Shown: positions 27,491 to 37,491 of the stretch, one piece after another
Layout: each line of letters opens with the position of its first letter
Position numbering within the stretch: the stretch's first letter is position 1
NCBI GenBank assembly: GCA_045805505.1
Contig: JBJMLA010000153.1
Span: forward strand, 13,134-77,133
DNA from: Solirubrobacteraceae bacterium
Lineage (GTDB): Bacteria; Actinomycetota; Thermoleophilia; Solirubrobacterales; Solirubrobacteraceae
Direction: 5' to 3'
Length of the DNA stretch: 64,000 bases
Notes under the pieces: generated by a model
Told to the model about the DNA's origin: nothing
Seen by the model: the letters and a program-made list of their open reading frames with translations, nothing else
The model's database searches: none
Made by a program: the position numbers and the translations under genes

Positions 27491-28857
27491 GCGCGCGGCG
27501 CGGCAACCAGGTCATCGCCGTGGCGATGCTGGCCGGGCTGCTCGTCGCGGGCTACTTCGCGTTCAAGCCCGGCGTGCCGTTCGCGTCGCGTTACGAGATC
27601 ACCGCGCTGGTGCGCAGCGCCAACCAGCTGCGCGGCGGGGCGCCCGTGCGCGTCGCGGGCGTCGACGTCGGCAAGGTCACCGGCATCGATGCCGGGCCCA
27701 ACCAGACGACGGCGCTGCGGCTCGAGATCGACAAGCGCGCGCTGCCGCTGCACCGCGACGCCACCGTGCGGATCCGGCCGCGGTTGTTCCTCGAGGGCGG
27801 CTTCTACGTCGAGCTCGCGCCGGGCACGCCGGCCTCCGACGAGCTGCGGTCGGGCGGGACGCTGCCCGTCAGCCAGAGCGCCGGCCCGGTCCAGTTCCAC
27901 CAGCTGCTGTCGGTGTTCGAGCAGCCGATCCGCGACAGCCTGGCCGGCGGGCTGTCCGCAACGGCCGAGGGGCTTTCAGGCGGCGGGGCCGACGGACTGC
28001 GCGCGGTGGCGCCCAACCTCGGGCCGATGCTGCGCGACCTGACGATCGTCGCCGACGCTTCGCAGGGCACCCGGCCCCATGACGTCTCGCGGCTGATCGC
28101 CTCGGCGAGCCGCGTGACGGGTGCGCTGGCGGCCGACCGGCGCTCGCTCGCCGACCTGGTCACGAACCTGCGCGTCACCGCCGATGCCCTGAGTGCCGAC
28201 GACACCGCGCTGGCCGAGACGATCTCCGGTGCCGACGACCTGATGCGCAACGCGCCGGCCGGCCTGCGGGCGCTCGACGGCGTCCTGCCGGTGCTCGAGC
28301 GCGTCAGCCGCGCCGCGGCCCCCGCCGTGCGCGTGGCGCCGGGCGCCCTCGGCCGCACCGCCGACGTGCTCGGCGAGCTCGGTGGGCTCGTCGCTCCCGG
28401 CGCGCGCGAGCGGACGATCAGCGGGCTGCGCACGACGTTCCTGGACCTCCCGACGCTCGTCGTCCGGCTCGGCACGCTGTTCCCGACGATCAAGCCGCTG
28501 GCCGACTGCCTGCGCACGCACATCACGCCGACGCTCAAGCTCGAGGCGCCCGACGGCGCGCTGTCCTCCGGGCGCCCGGTGTGGCAGGACTTCGCCCACT
28601 CGATGGTCGGGCTGGCCAGCGCGACGCAGAACTTCGACGCCAACGGCTACGCGACGCGCTACCTGTTCGGCCTGGGCGGCGAGACGTTCTCGACCGAAGC
28701 GCTGACCGGGCTCGGCGTGCTGCACGGCAACTCGGGTGACACGATCCAGTCGCGGCCGACCCGGCCCGCCGACGGCGATCCGCCACCGATCCGCCGCGAC
28801 GTGACGTGCTCGTCGCAGCCCGTGCCGACCCTCGACGCCACGGGGTCGACGGGCTGA
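27487..28857 (+). CDS. Mce protein 4 of 6
   Basis: ATGA overlap. TM then YEITALVRSANQLRGGAPVRVAGVDVGKVTGI. Confidence 0.9.
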   Translation: MSARRGNQVIAVAMLAGLLVAGYFAFKPGVPFASRYEITALVRSANQLRGGAPVRVAGVDVGKVTGIDAGPNQTTALRLEIDKRALPLHRDATVRIRPRLFLEGGFYVELAPGTPASDELRSGGTLPVSQSAGPVQFHQLLSVFEQPIRDSLAGGLSATAEGLSGGGADGLRAVAPNLGPMLRDLTIVADASQGTRPHDVSRLIASASRVTGALAADRRSLADLVTNLRVTADALSADDTALAETISGADDLMRNAPAGLRALDGVLPVLERVSRAAAPAVRVAPGALGRTADVLGELGGLVAPGARERTISGLRTTFLDLPTLVVRLGTLFPTIKPLADCLRTHITPTLKLEAPDGALSSGRPVWQDFAHSMVGLASATQNFDANGYATRYLFGLGGETFSTEALTGLGVLHGNSGDTIQSRPTRPADGDPPPIRRDVTCSSQPVPTLDATGSTG

Positions 28858-30125
28858 TGCGCAACCTGCGCCGCGAGAGCCGCTGGCTGCTGCCGATCGG
28901 CGTCATCGTCGTCGTCGCGCTGTTCAGCGCCTACTACCTGCTGGCCAACCAGCGGCTGTCCTCGCCGTTCGAGGACTCCTACGCGATCAAGGCGGAGTTC
29001 TCCAACGCCAGCGCGGTGTCGCCGGGGCTGGGGGCGGCCGTCAACGTGGCGGGCGTCAAGGTCGGCCAGATCGCCGGCGTCGAGCTCGAGGGCGGCCGCG
29101 CGGTGCTCGAGCTGCGGATCGATCCCGCCGAGCTCCCGAAGGTCCACGAGGGCGCCACTGCCGCGCTGGTGCCCAACACGCCGCTCAAGGACATGCAGGT
29201 CGACCTGACGCCCGGCGACCCGAAGGCCCCCGCGCTGCCCGACGGCGCGCGCATCGGCATCGGCTCGTCGACCTCACCGATCGACTCCGACGAGCTCCTG
29301 CACGCGCTCGACACCGACACGCGCGAGTACCTGCGGCTGCTGATCGCCGACCTCGGCGTGGGCCTGCAGGGCCACGGCCCGCAGCTGCGGGGGCTGCTGC
29401 GCGCACTGGGGCCCACGACGGGCCAGATCCGGCGCATCTCGGCGCTGCTGGCCACCCGCCGGCGCCAGCTGCCGCGGCTCGTGCACAACCTCTCGGTCCT
29501 CACCCAGGCGGCGGGCGCCGAGGACCGGTCGATCGAGCGGATCGTCGGCGCGGGCAACGCGACGCTCGCCGCGGTCGCCTCCCAGGACGGCGCACTGCGC
29601 GAGTCGCTGCAGCGGCTGCCGCGGACGCTGCAGACCGCCCAGGACACGCTCGTCGACGCCGCCCCGTTCGCCCGCAGCCTGCGTCGCACGCTGACCGCGC
29701 TCGAGCCGGCGGTGCCGAAGCTGCGCACGACGCTGCTCGACGCGCCGGACATGCTGCGCGGCCTGCTCCCGCTCCCCGTCGCGCAGCTGCGCCGCTTCAC
29801 GCGCGCGGTCGGCCCGCTGGGCGCGCAGGTGCGGCCGGCGGCGCGCGACCTCGGCGTGCAGCTCGAGCCGCTGACCAAGGCCTTCCAGGTCATCGGCGAC
29901 ACGACCAACATCCTCGGCTACGAGCCCGAGGGCGACGAGCGCGGCTACCTGTTCTGGCTCGGCTGGTTCGCCCACAACGCCAACTCGATGCTCTCGACCC
30001 AGGACGCGCACGGCGGCATGTGGCGCGGCCTGGCGCTGTTCTCCTGTGCCTCGGCCGAGCAGCCGGGCCCGCTGGGCACGCTGGTCAAGACGATCGCCGG
30101 ACCGTCCGTGGGGACCTGCCCGTGA
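28857..30125 (+). CDS. Mce protein 5 of 6 (no lipobox, unlike mycobacterial MceE lipoproteins)
   Basis: Start overlaps the previous stop by 1 nt (TGATG). TM then YAIKAEFSNASAVSPGLGAAVNVAGVKVGQIAGV. There is no Cys in the N-terminal region. Confidence 0.9.
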   Translation: MRNLRRESRWLLPIGVIVVVALFSAYYLLANQRLSSPFEDSYAIKAEFSNASAVSPGLGAAVNVAGVKVGQIAGVELEGGRAVLELRIDPAELPKVHEGATAALVPNTPLKDMQVDLTPGDPKAPALPDGARIGIGSSTSPIDSDELLHALDTDTREYLRLLIADLGVGLQGHGPQLRGLLRALGPTTGQIRRISALLATRRRQLPRLVHNLSVLTQAAGAEDRSIERIVGAGNATLAAVASQDGALRESLQRLPRTLQTAQDTLVDAAPFARSLRRTLTALEPAVPKLRTTLLDAPDMLRGLLPLPVAQLRRFTRAVGPLGAQVRPAARDLGVQLEPLTKAFQVIGDTTNILGYEPEGDERGYLFWLGWFAHNANSMLSTQDAHGGMWRGLALFSCASAEQPGPLGTLVKTIAGPSVGTCP

Positions 30126-30138
30126 GGAGCGGCCTCGC

Positions 30139-31554
30139 ATGGTGACCCAGGCGCCCCGGCGCGCGGCGATCCTCGTCGCGGTCGTCTTCATCCTCGCGTC
30201 GATCGCGCTGAGCCTGTTCGTGTGGAACAGCCTCGGCGGCAGCCTGCCGCTGAGCCCCAAGGGCTTCCGTTTCCACGTCTCGTTCGAGAACGCCAGCCAG
30301 CTGCAGTCCAACGCCGCGGTCCGGATCGCCGGCGTCGACGTCGGCCGGGTCATCCGGGTCGATCCCGAGGGCCTGCGCACCGACGCCACCATCGAGGTCG
30401 AGGCCCAGTACGCGCCCGTGCCGGCCGACACCCACGCGGTGCTGCGCCAGAAGACGCTGCTCGGCGAGACGTTCGTGGTGCTCTCGCCCGGCAGCCGCGA
30501 CGCGCCGAAGCTCGCGGAGGGCGGGAAGCTCGACACCGCCAACGTCGCGGCCACCCAGCCGCTCGACCGCGTGCTCGGGATGCTCGACGCGCGCACGCGC
30601 CAGGACGTCCAGTCGCTGTTCACCGACGGCTCGGCGGCGCTGCGCGGCCGCGGCGACGAGCTCAACGCGGGCTTCGGCGAGCTCGGCCCGCTGACCGACG
30701 AGCTCGAGGTCATGCTGGCGATCCTCGACCGTCAGCGCGCGTCCGTCGGCGGTCTCGTGCGCGATGCGGGGACGGTGCTGCGGACCGTGGGCTCGCACCG
30801 GTCCGCCCTGGCCGACATCGTCGCCTCCGGATCGCAGGTCGCCGCGGTCACCGCCGCACGCGACCGGGCGCTGACCGACACGGTGCGCGAGCTCGGGCCG
30901 CTGCTGGCCACGCTGCGCACGGCGTCGGGCGCGGTGACCCACACCGCGGGGATCGCCGGACCGACGCTGCACGAGCTGCGGCCCGCCGCGCCGCTCGTCG
31001 CGCCGGCGCTGCGGGCGATCGACCGGCTGGCCCCGCAGATCGAGCAGGTGCTCGGGGACCTCGACGACACGCTCCCGGTCGCGCAGGCGGCCCTGCCGGC
31101 CATCGCCCACCTCGTCGACGCGCTCGGCCCGTTCACCGAGGTCGTCTATCCCGCGACGCGCGAGATCACCCCGATCATCGACCTGGTGGCTCGCAACCGG
31201 CGCGAGCTGGTGGGGACGATGTCCAACGTCGCCGCCTCCCTGGAGGCGACGTCACCGGGCCTCGACGGCAAGCCCGTGCACTACCTGCGCGCGCTGGTTC
31301 CCGTCACCGAGGAGGCGTTCGTCGGCTACGGCGAGCGCCTGCCGTCCAACCGCCACAACGCCTACTTCGCGCCCGGCGGGCTCGACCAGCTGGCCGCCGG
31401 CGGGCTGCTGGCCTCCGACTGCCGCAACACCACCAACCCGCAGGTCGTCCCCGTGGTCGGCAGTGGCGCTCCCGAGTGCAAGCTCCAGCCGCCGTGGACG
31501 CTCAACGGCCGGACCGCCTACTTCCCGCACGTCGAACGGGTCCCCGAGCGCTGA
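30139..31554 (+). CDS. Mce protein 6 of 6
   Basis: TM then FRFHVSFENASQLQSNAAVRIAGVDVGRVIRV. ATG lies 14 nt after the previous stop. Confidence 0.9.
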   Translation: MVTQAPRRAAILVAVVFILASIALSLFVWNSLGGSLPLSPKGFRFHVSFENASQLQSNAAVRIAGVDVGRVIRVDPEGLRTDATIEVEAQYAPVPADTHAVLRQKTLLGETFVVLSPGSRDAPKLAEGGKLDTANVAATQPLDRVLGMLDARTRQDVQSLFTDGSAALRGRGDELNAGFGELGPLTDELEVMLAILDRQRASVGGLVRDAGTVLRTVGSHRSALADIVASGSQVAAVTAARDRALTDTVRELGPLLATLRTASGAVTHTAGIAGPTLHELRPAAPLVAPALRAIDRLAPQIEQVLGDLDDTLPVAQAALPAIAHLVDALGPFTEVVYPATREITPIIDLVARNRRELVGTMSNVAASLEATSPGLDGKPVHYLRALVPVTEEAFVGYGERLPSNRHNAYFAPGGLDQLAAGGLLASDCRNTTNPQVVPVVGSGAPECKLQPPWTLNGRTAYFPHVERVPER

Positions 31555-31555
31555 G

Positions 31556-31576
31556 GGGTGTGGCCGGGCCACACCC
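31556..31576 (+). terminator. GC-rich palindromic hairpin immediately after the last mce gene
   Basis: GGGTGTGGCC-g-GGCCACACCC has 10-nt arms and begins 2 nt after the stop. There is no T-tract, which is common in high-GC genomes. Confidence 0.4.
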
Positions 31577-31595
31577 GCGCCGCGCCCGCGAGTGA

Positions 31596-32801
31596 TTGGA
31601 TGACCGCATGAGCGCACGCACCTTCGTCATCGGCGTCGGGATGACCAAGTTCGACAAGCCCGGGACCAAGGAGGGCGACTACCCCGACTGGGCGCGCGAG
31701 GCGGGGGAGAAGGCGCTGGCCGACGCCGGCATCGCCTACGACCTCGTCGAGGAGGCCTACGTCGGCTACTGCTACGGCGAGTCGACCGCGGGACAGCGCG
31801 CGGTCTACGGCCTCGGCCTGACCGGCATCCCGGTCATCAACGTCAACAACAACTGCTCGACCGGCTCGAGTGCGCTGTACATGGCGCGCCGCGCGGTCCG
31901 CGGAGGCCTCGCCGAGTGCGCGCTGGCGCTGGGCTTCGAGAAGATGGAGATGGGCTCGCTGGGCGTGAAGTGGACCGACCGGACCAACCCGATGGACAAG
32001 CACGTCGAGGCGATGTTCGCGGTGCGCGAGCCGGAGGCCTCGCCGCCCGCGCCGCAGCTGTTCGGCAACGCCGGCCGCGAGCACATGGAGCGCTACGGCT
32101 CGACTCCCGACCACTACGCGTGGATCGGCTACAAGAACCACAAGCACTCGGTCAACAACCCCTACGCGCAGTTCCAGACGGAGTACTCGCTCCAGGACAT
32201 CAAGGACGCCAAGGTCATCCACGAGCCGCTGACCAAGCTGCAGTGCTCGCCGACCTCCGACGGCAGCGCCTGCGTCATCGTGGCCAGCGAGCGCTTCGTC
32301 GACGACCACGATCTGTGGGACCGCGCGGTCGAGATCGCCGGCCAGTCGATGGTCACCGACATGTCCTCGACGTTCGACTCGCAGTCGGCGATCCGCGTCG
32401 TCGGCTACGACATGAGCAAGGAGGCCGCGCGCCGCGCCTACGAGGAGGCGGGCGTGTCGGCCGACGACGTCGACGTCATCGAGCTGCACGATTGCTTCAG
32501 CGCCAACGAGCTGATCACCTACGAGGCGCTCGGGCTGGCGGACGAGGGTCACGGTCATGAGCTCGTCGAGAATGAGGACACGACCTACGGCGGGCGCTGG
32601 GTGGTCAACCCCAGCGGCGGGCTGATCTCCAAGGGCCACCCGCTCGGCGCCACGGGTCTGGCCCAGTGCAGCGAGCTGACCTGGCAGCTGCGCGGCACCG
32701 CCGACGCGCGGCAGGTCGACGGCGCCACCACCGCGCTGCAGCACAACATCGGCCTGGGCGGCGCGGCCGTCGTCAGCGTCTACAAGAAGGTCGAGCGATG
32801 A
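31596..32801 (+). CDS. SCP2-type thiolase / lipid-transfer-protein-like (non-condensing thiolase)
   Basis: [24 protein letters not shown] (active-site Cys) and [17 protein letters not shown] are typical of SCPx/Ltp thiolases. Alternative start ATG 31608. Confidence 0.85.
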   Translation: MDDRMSARTFVIGVGMTKFDKPGTKEGDYPDWAREAGEKALADAGIAYDLVEEAYVGYCYGESTAGQRAVYGLGLTGIPVINVNNNCSTGSSALYMARRAVRGGLAECALALGFEKMEMGSLGVKWTDRTNPMDKHVEAMFAVREPEASPPAPQLFGNAGREHMERYGSTPDHYAWIGYKNHKHSVNNPYAQFQTEYSLQDIKDAKVIHEPLTKLQCSPTSDGSACVIVASERFVDDHDLWDRAVEIAGQSMVTDMSSTFDSQSAIRVVGYDMSKEAARRAYEEAGVSADDVDVIELHDCFSANELITYEALGLADEGHGHELVENEDTTYGGRWVVNPSGGLISKGHPLGATGLAQCSELTWQLRGTADARQVDGATTALQHNIGLGGAAVVSVYKKVER

Positions 32802-33934
32802 TCGCGCTGAGCGACGAGCAGCGCGACTTCGTCGAGGCGATCCGCGACTTCGCCAAGCGCGAGGCCGGGACCCGCGAGCAGCGCGACTCGCTGGGCGGCT
32901 ACGCCAAGCCGCACAACCAGGCGCTCTACGACAAGGTCGCCGAGCTGGGCTGGCTCGGCGTGGCGATTCCCGAGGAGTACGGCGGCAGCGGCGGCGGGAT
33001 GGTCGATCTCTGCCTGTTCCTCGAGGAGTCCTCGAAGGGCATGCTGCCCATCGGCGGCTTCGGCGTCTCGATGATCGTCGCCGGGGCGACCGAGCGCTTC
33101 GGCACGCCCGAGCAGAAGGAGGAGATCCTCGGCGGGATCGTCGCCGGCCGGGTCGAGGCGATCGCCATGAGCGAGCCGGGCGCCGGATCCGACGTTGGCG
33201 CCATGACCTGCAAGGCCACCCGGGACAATGGCTCCTACGTCGTCAACGGCCAGAAGACGTGGATCTCCGAGGCCCACGTCGCCGACCACGTGCTGCTTGT
33301 CTGCCGCACCGACTCGAGCGGCGGCAAGCACGAGGGCATGACGATGCTCTCGGTCCCGGCGGGCATCGACGGGATGGAGATCCGGCCGATCGAGACGATG
33401 GGCGGCGAGGTCGTCAACGACATCTTCTACACCGACTGCGAGGTCCCGGCCGAGCGGCTGCTGGGCACCGAGGGCGCCGCCTGGATGCAGCTGATGACCG
33501 GGCTGAACGTCGAGCGGCTGATCCTCGCGGCGCTGCTTCTGGGCACCGCCCAGCGCGCGTTCGACGACCTGCTGTCCTACGTCAAGGAGCGCGAGCAGTT
33601 CGGGCGGCCGGTCGGTTCGTTCCAGGCGCTCAAGCACCGCATCGCCGACCTCGCCACCGAGGTCGAGTGCTGCCGGCTGCTGACCTACGACGTCGCCGCC
33701 AAGGTCGACGCCGATCCGACCGCGCTGTTCCCGCGCGAGGCCTCGATGGCCAAGCTCAAGGTCACCGAGACGGCCAAGCGCGTCGCGCTCGAGGGCATGC
33801 AGATGATGGGCGGCTACGGCTACGCCACCGAGTACGACATGGAGGGTCACGTGCGCACGGCGCTCGTCTCGACCATCTACGGAGGCACGAGCGAGATCCA
33901 GCGCGACATCATCGGCAAGACGCTGGGGCTCTAG
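32798..33934 (+). CDS. Acyl-CoA dehydrogenase
   Basis: ATGA overlap with the thiolase. Motifs [21 protein letters not shown] and [14 protein letters not shown]. Confidence 0.9.
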   Translation: MIALSDEQRDFVEAIRDFAKREAGTREQRDSLGGYAKPHNQALYDKVAELGWLGVAIPEEYGGSGGGMVDLCLFLEESSKGMLPIGGFGVSMIVAGATERFGTPEQKEEILGGIVAGRVEAIAMSEPGAGSDVGAMTCKATRDNGSYVVNGQKTWISEAHVADHVLLVCRTDSSGGKHEGMTMLSVPAGIDGMEIRPIETMGGEVVNDIFYTDCEVPAERLLGTEGAAWMQLMTGLNVERLILAALLLGTAQRAFDDLLSYVKEREQFGRPVGSFQALKHRIADLATEVECCRLLTYDVAAKVDADPTALFPREASMAKLKVTETAKRVALEGMQMMGGYGYATEYDMEGHVRTALVSTIYGGTSEIQRDIIGKTLGL

Positions 33935-33936
33935 CC

Positions 33937-34845
33937 GTGCCCGGCGTGCTGCCCGATCCGAGCGAGTACGCGGCGCTGACGCCGACGCCCGGCTCGCCGG
34001 TGTGGCGCGCGTTCAACGACGTGCGCCTGCTGTCGACCAGCGGCTACGCCACGCTCCTGCAGGTCGCCCACCCGACGGTCGGCCATGGCGTCCATCAGTA
34101 CTCGTCGTTCACCAAGGACCCGTGGGGACGGCTGCTGCGCACGCTCGACTACGTGCACGGAACGATCTACGGCGGGCCCGAGCTGGCCGGCTCGATCGGC
34201 AAGCGCGTGCGCGAGATGCACCGCACGATCAAGGGCACCAAGCCCGACGGCGAGAGCTATCACGCGATGGAGCCCGACGCGTTCGCCTGGGTGCACGCGA
34301 CGCTCGCCGCCTCGGTCGTCCAGGGCCACGCGCTGTTCGTCCGGCCGCTGCCGCCGCACGAGATCGAGGCGTTCTGGCGCCAGTGGCGCGACGTCGGCCG
34401 GTTGATCGGCGTACGCGACCGCGACCTGCCCGAGGACTGGGCGGGCTTTCAGGCCTACTTCGACCGCGTCGTGCGCGAGGACCTCGAGTGGACGCCGGCG
34501 ATCCCGGAGGTGCTGGCCACCCTCGGCGCGTCGAAGCCACCCAACGTGCCGGGCCTGCACCCGGCGCTGTGGAAGGTCATGCGCGCGCCGATGGGCCGCC
34601 AGCTGCACGTCCAGACCATCGGCCTGCTGCCCGCCGACCTGCGCGCGCGGCTCGGGCTGCCCTACTCGCGCCGCGACCAGCGGACGTTCGACCGGCTCGC
34701 GGCGATCTCGCGCCGCTCCGGCCCGTTCGTGCGCGGCCCGCTCAGGGAGTTCGGGCCGTCCTACGTGCGCTGGCGGCGCAAGGCGCTGGCCCGGGGCGAC
34801 GTGGCCTCGCGGCCGCCCGCGACGCACGCGCCCGTGCCCGCCTAG
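33937..34845 (+). CDS. MpaB/DUF2236-family oxygenase-like protein
   Basis: GTG start 3 nt after the ACAD stop. The 302-aa sequence with VAHPTVGHGVHQYS...DPWGRLLRTLDYV...MHRTIKG resembles DUF2236 as I recall it. Confidence 0.65.
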   Translation: MPGVLPDPSEYAALTPTPGSPVWRAFNDVRLLSTSGYATLLQVAHPTVGHGVHQYSSFTKDPWGRLLRTLDYVHGTIYGGPELAGSIGKRVREMHRTIKGTKPDGESYHAMEPDAFAWVHATLAASVVQGHALFVRPLPPHEIEAFWRQWRDVGRLIGVRDRDLPEDWAGFQAYFDRVVREDLEWTPAIPEVLATLGASKPPNVPGLHPALWKVMRAPMGRQLHVQTIGLLPADLRARLGLPYSRRDQRTFDRLAAISRRSGPFVRGPLREFGPSYVRWRRKALARGDVASRPPATHAPVPA

Positions 34846-35642
34846 TCGCGAACCGACACGACGTGCATGAAGTCTGCGTCGGTGCGCTCGGCGGCGAGGT
34901 CGAGCTCGCCGCCCTCCGAGGCCCAGCCGCGCTCGGCGCGCAGCCCGTGCTCGGCCAGGGAGCGCACGAACGGGCCGAGGTCGGTGAAGTGCACGACGAA
35001 GCGGAAGTCATGCGCGGCCATCGGCCAGGCGGCCCAGCCGTCACCCTCCCGGGCCCGGCCGACGTTGCGGCGGAAGTACAGCTCGGCCTGCGCCCGGTGA
35101 TACGCGGCGCCCGCGTAGCGCCGGGGGTTGCGCGAGCGCTCGCGCAAGGGATGCGTCGTCGACCGCGCGGTGGCGGGCGTCTCACCGAACGCGGGCCCGC
35201 GCAGGTTCAGCGACGAGATCAGCGCGCGGCCGCCCGGCACCAGGACTCGCGCGATCTCGGCCATGACCTTCGCGCGATCCTCGTGGGACACCGCGTCGAT
35301 GCCGTTGAAGCTGAAGACCACGACGTCGACGGACGCGTCGGCGATCCCGTCGAGGCGCCGGGCGTCGCCGACGCGCAGGTCGGCGCCCGGGTGCCGCTCG
35401 CGGGCCCCGTCGATCATGCCGGGGCTGATGTCGAGCCCGATGTAGGAGGCGGCGCGCGGGGCGATCAGCGTGGTGGTGCGGCCCTTCCCGACGCCCAGGT
35501 CCAGGACGCGCGCGCCGTCGAGGACAGGCTCCAAGTGGGCGAGCGCGGCGGCCTCACCGGGATCGGTGTGCCCGTCGCGGCCGAAGTCCTTGCGGACGAA
35601 TCGCGAGTCCCACCGTGTGTGCACGCCCCCCAGCAGCTTCAC
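34842..35642 (-). CDS. Class I SAM-dependent methyltransferase
   Basis: Motif I VLDLGVGKGRTT, then DVVVFSFNGIDAV and LVPGGRALIS. GTG start. Confidence 0.8.
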   Translation of the reverse strand: MKLLGGVHTRWDSRFVRKDFGRDGHTDPGEAAALAHLEPVLDGARVLDLGVGKGRTTTLIAPRAASYIGLDISPGMIDGARERHPGADLRVGDARRLDGIADASVDVVVFSFNGIDAVSHEDRAKVMAEIARVLVPGGRALISSLNLRGPAFGETPATARSTTHPLRERSRNPRRYAGAAYHRAQAELYFRRNVGRAREGDGWAAWPMAAHDFRFVVHFTDLGPFVRSLAEHGLRAERGWASEGGELDLAAERTDADFMHVVSVRD

Positions 35643-35730
35643 CGTCGCCAGAGGATAAGGAACACGGTCGCCGCGGGCGGCACCCGTGGTAGCGGCGCGT
35701 ACGCGACGGTCGACTTTCTAGGTTGTGCGG

Positions 35731-37491
35731 ATGCCCGCTGCCCGCCGTGCCTCGCTCGTCGTCGTCCTCGTCTCCGCCCTCGCGGTCGCGGCGCCCTCCG
35801 CCGCCCAGGGACCGCTGGGGGCGCTCAACGACCTCGGCGCGCTGAGCCAGGGCACCGGGCAGACGCCCGACACCGTGCCGGTCCAGAAGCCGGCGGCGCC
35901 GCCCATGGATGCCGTCCCGCGCGCCGACTGCGGACCGGGCGCCAAGCCCGAGCCGAGCATCCAGGGCCGGGTCCCGGCCGGCGCGGCGGCCAACGGGCTG
36001 CAGTGCAACCTCGTGCAGATCTCCCACCAGGGCACGTCCGGGGGGTTCAAGGTCTACCGCTACGTCGACGCCGCCGGGCACGAGTGCGCCTACTACGACA
36101 CCGCGCTGCTGTTCCCGCTCAACGCGTTCAACGTCAACACCGAGGGCCTCGGCGTCGCCGTGCTCGACATGAGCGATCCGGCCCACCCGGTCCAGACCGC
36201 GACGCTGACCGAGCCGGCGATGCTCTCGCCGCACGAGTCGCTGAACCTCAACCAGCGCCGCGGGCTGCTGGCGGCGGTGACGGGCAACCCCGGCACCTAC
36301 CCCGGCTACGTCTCGATCTACGACGTCTCCAAGGACTGCCGCGCGCCCGAGCTGCAGTCCTCGGGGCTCTACGCGCGGCTCGGTCACGAGAGCGGGTTCT
36401 CCGAGGACGGCAGGACCTTCTACGCGGCGGGCACCGCGACCCAGTCGATCACGGCGATCGACGTCACCGATCCCAAGGCGCCGCACGCGGTCTGGCAGGG
36501 CAATGTCGTCTCGCACGGCATGACCCTCAGCGAGGACGGCAACCGGGCCTACATCGCCGAGCCGATCGGCCGCCAGCTGCTGATCCTCGACACGAGCGAG
36601 ATCCAGGCGCGCAAGGCGAACCCGCAGGCGCGCGAGATCAGCCGGACGACGTGGGACCGCGCGTCGATCCCGCAGAACGCCATCCCGTTCACGCGCGGCG
36701 GCAAGCCCTACGTGCTCGAGTTCGACGAGTACAACGCCTCGACGCTGGGCTCGGGCAGCGCCGACGACGTCGGCGCCGGCCGCATCCTCGATGTGTCCGA
36801 CGAGCGCGCGCCCAAGGTCGTCTCGAACCTGCGGCTGCAGATCAACCAGCCCGCCGAGCACAAGGAGTTCGGCGCCGATCCGGGTGCCGACGGGCAGATC
36901 CGCGGCGGCGCCCAGGGCTACGCGGCGCACTACTGCAACATCCCGACGCGCGTCGATCCGACGATCGTCGCCTGCTCGTTCATCGCCTCGGGGCTGCGGC
37001 TGTTCGACATCTCAGACGTCACCGCGCCCAAGGAGATCGGCTACTACGTGCCGCCGACCAACGCGCGCGTCGAGAACTCCGGGATGGCGAGCGCCTATGC
37101 GATGTCTCAGCCCGTGTTCGTCCCGGCGCGCCACGAGGTGTGGTTCACCGACGGCACGAGCGGCTTCTACGCGCTGCGCGTGGTCAACGGCGCGTGGCCG
37201 GCGGCGACGCCGGCCACGCCGGGTGGCGGCGCCAAGGCGTGCCGCAGCCAGCGCGTCTTCACGATCCACCTCAAGCACCCCGACGGCGACCGCACGCGGT
37301 CGGCGCGGGTGACCGTCGACGGCAAGCGCGTGAAGGTGCGCAGCGGCACCCCGCACTTCACCGCGCGCGTCGACCTGCGGGGCAAGCGCAAGAAGGTCGT
37401 CGTCGTCCGCGTCGTCAGCCGCACGAAGAGCGGCAGGGTCGTGCGCGAGACGCGGCGCTATCGGACCTGCTCGCCCGGCAGGGCGCGCTGA
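35731..37491 (+). CDS. Secreted LVIVD-repeat beta-propeller-like protein with a basic C-terminal module
   Basis: Signal peptide ending APSAAQG. Six h-h-h-h-D-h-S/T-D/E-x-x-x-P repeats: VAVLDMSDPAHP, VSIYDVSKDCRAP, ITAIDVTDPKAP, LLILDTSE, RILDVSDERAP, LRLFDISDVTAP. Confidence 0.8.
   Translation: MPAARRASLVVVLVSALAVAAPSAAQGPLGALNDLGALSQGTGQTPDTVPVQKPAAPPMDAVPRADCGPGAKPEPSIQGRVPAGAAANGLQCNLVQISHQGTSGGFKVYRYVDAAGHECAYYDTALLFPLNAFNVNTEGLGVAVLDMSDPAHPVQTATLTEPAMLSPHESLNLNQRRGLLAAVTGNPGTYPGYVSIYDVSKDCRAPELQSSGLYARLGHESGFSEDGRTFYAAGTATQSITAIDVTDPKAPHAVWQGNVVSHGMTLSEDGNRAYIAEPIGRQLLILDTSEIQARKANPQAREISRTTWDRASIPQNAIPFTRGGKPYVLEFDEYNASTLGSGSADDVGAGRILDVSDERAPKVVSNLRLQINQPAEHKEFGADPGADGQIRGGAQGYAAHYCNIPTRVDPTIVACSFIASGLRLFDISDVTAPKEIGYYVPPTNARVENSGMASAYAMSQPVFVPARHEVWFTDGTSGFYALRVVNGAWPAATPATPGGGAKACRSQRVFTIHLKHPDGDRTRSARVTVDGKRVKVRSGTPHFTARVDLRGKRKKVVVVRVVSRTKSGRVVRETRRYRTCSPGRAR

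Noticed and set aside
21885-31554. Treating the absence of an ATPase gene as evidence that the mce operon is defective.
   Set aside because: In mycobacteria the Mce ATPase (MceG/Mkl) is encoded away from the mce operons and serves several of them. Its absence from this window is therefore expected and not informative.
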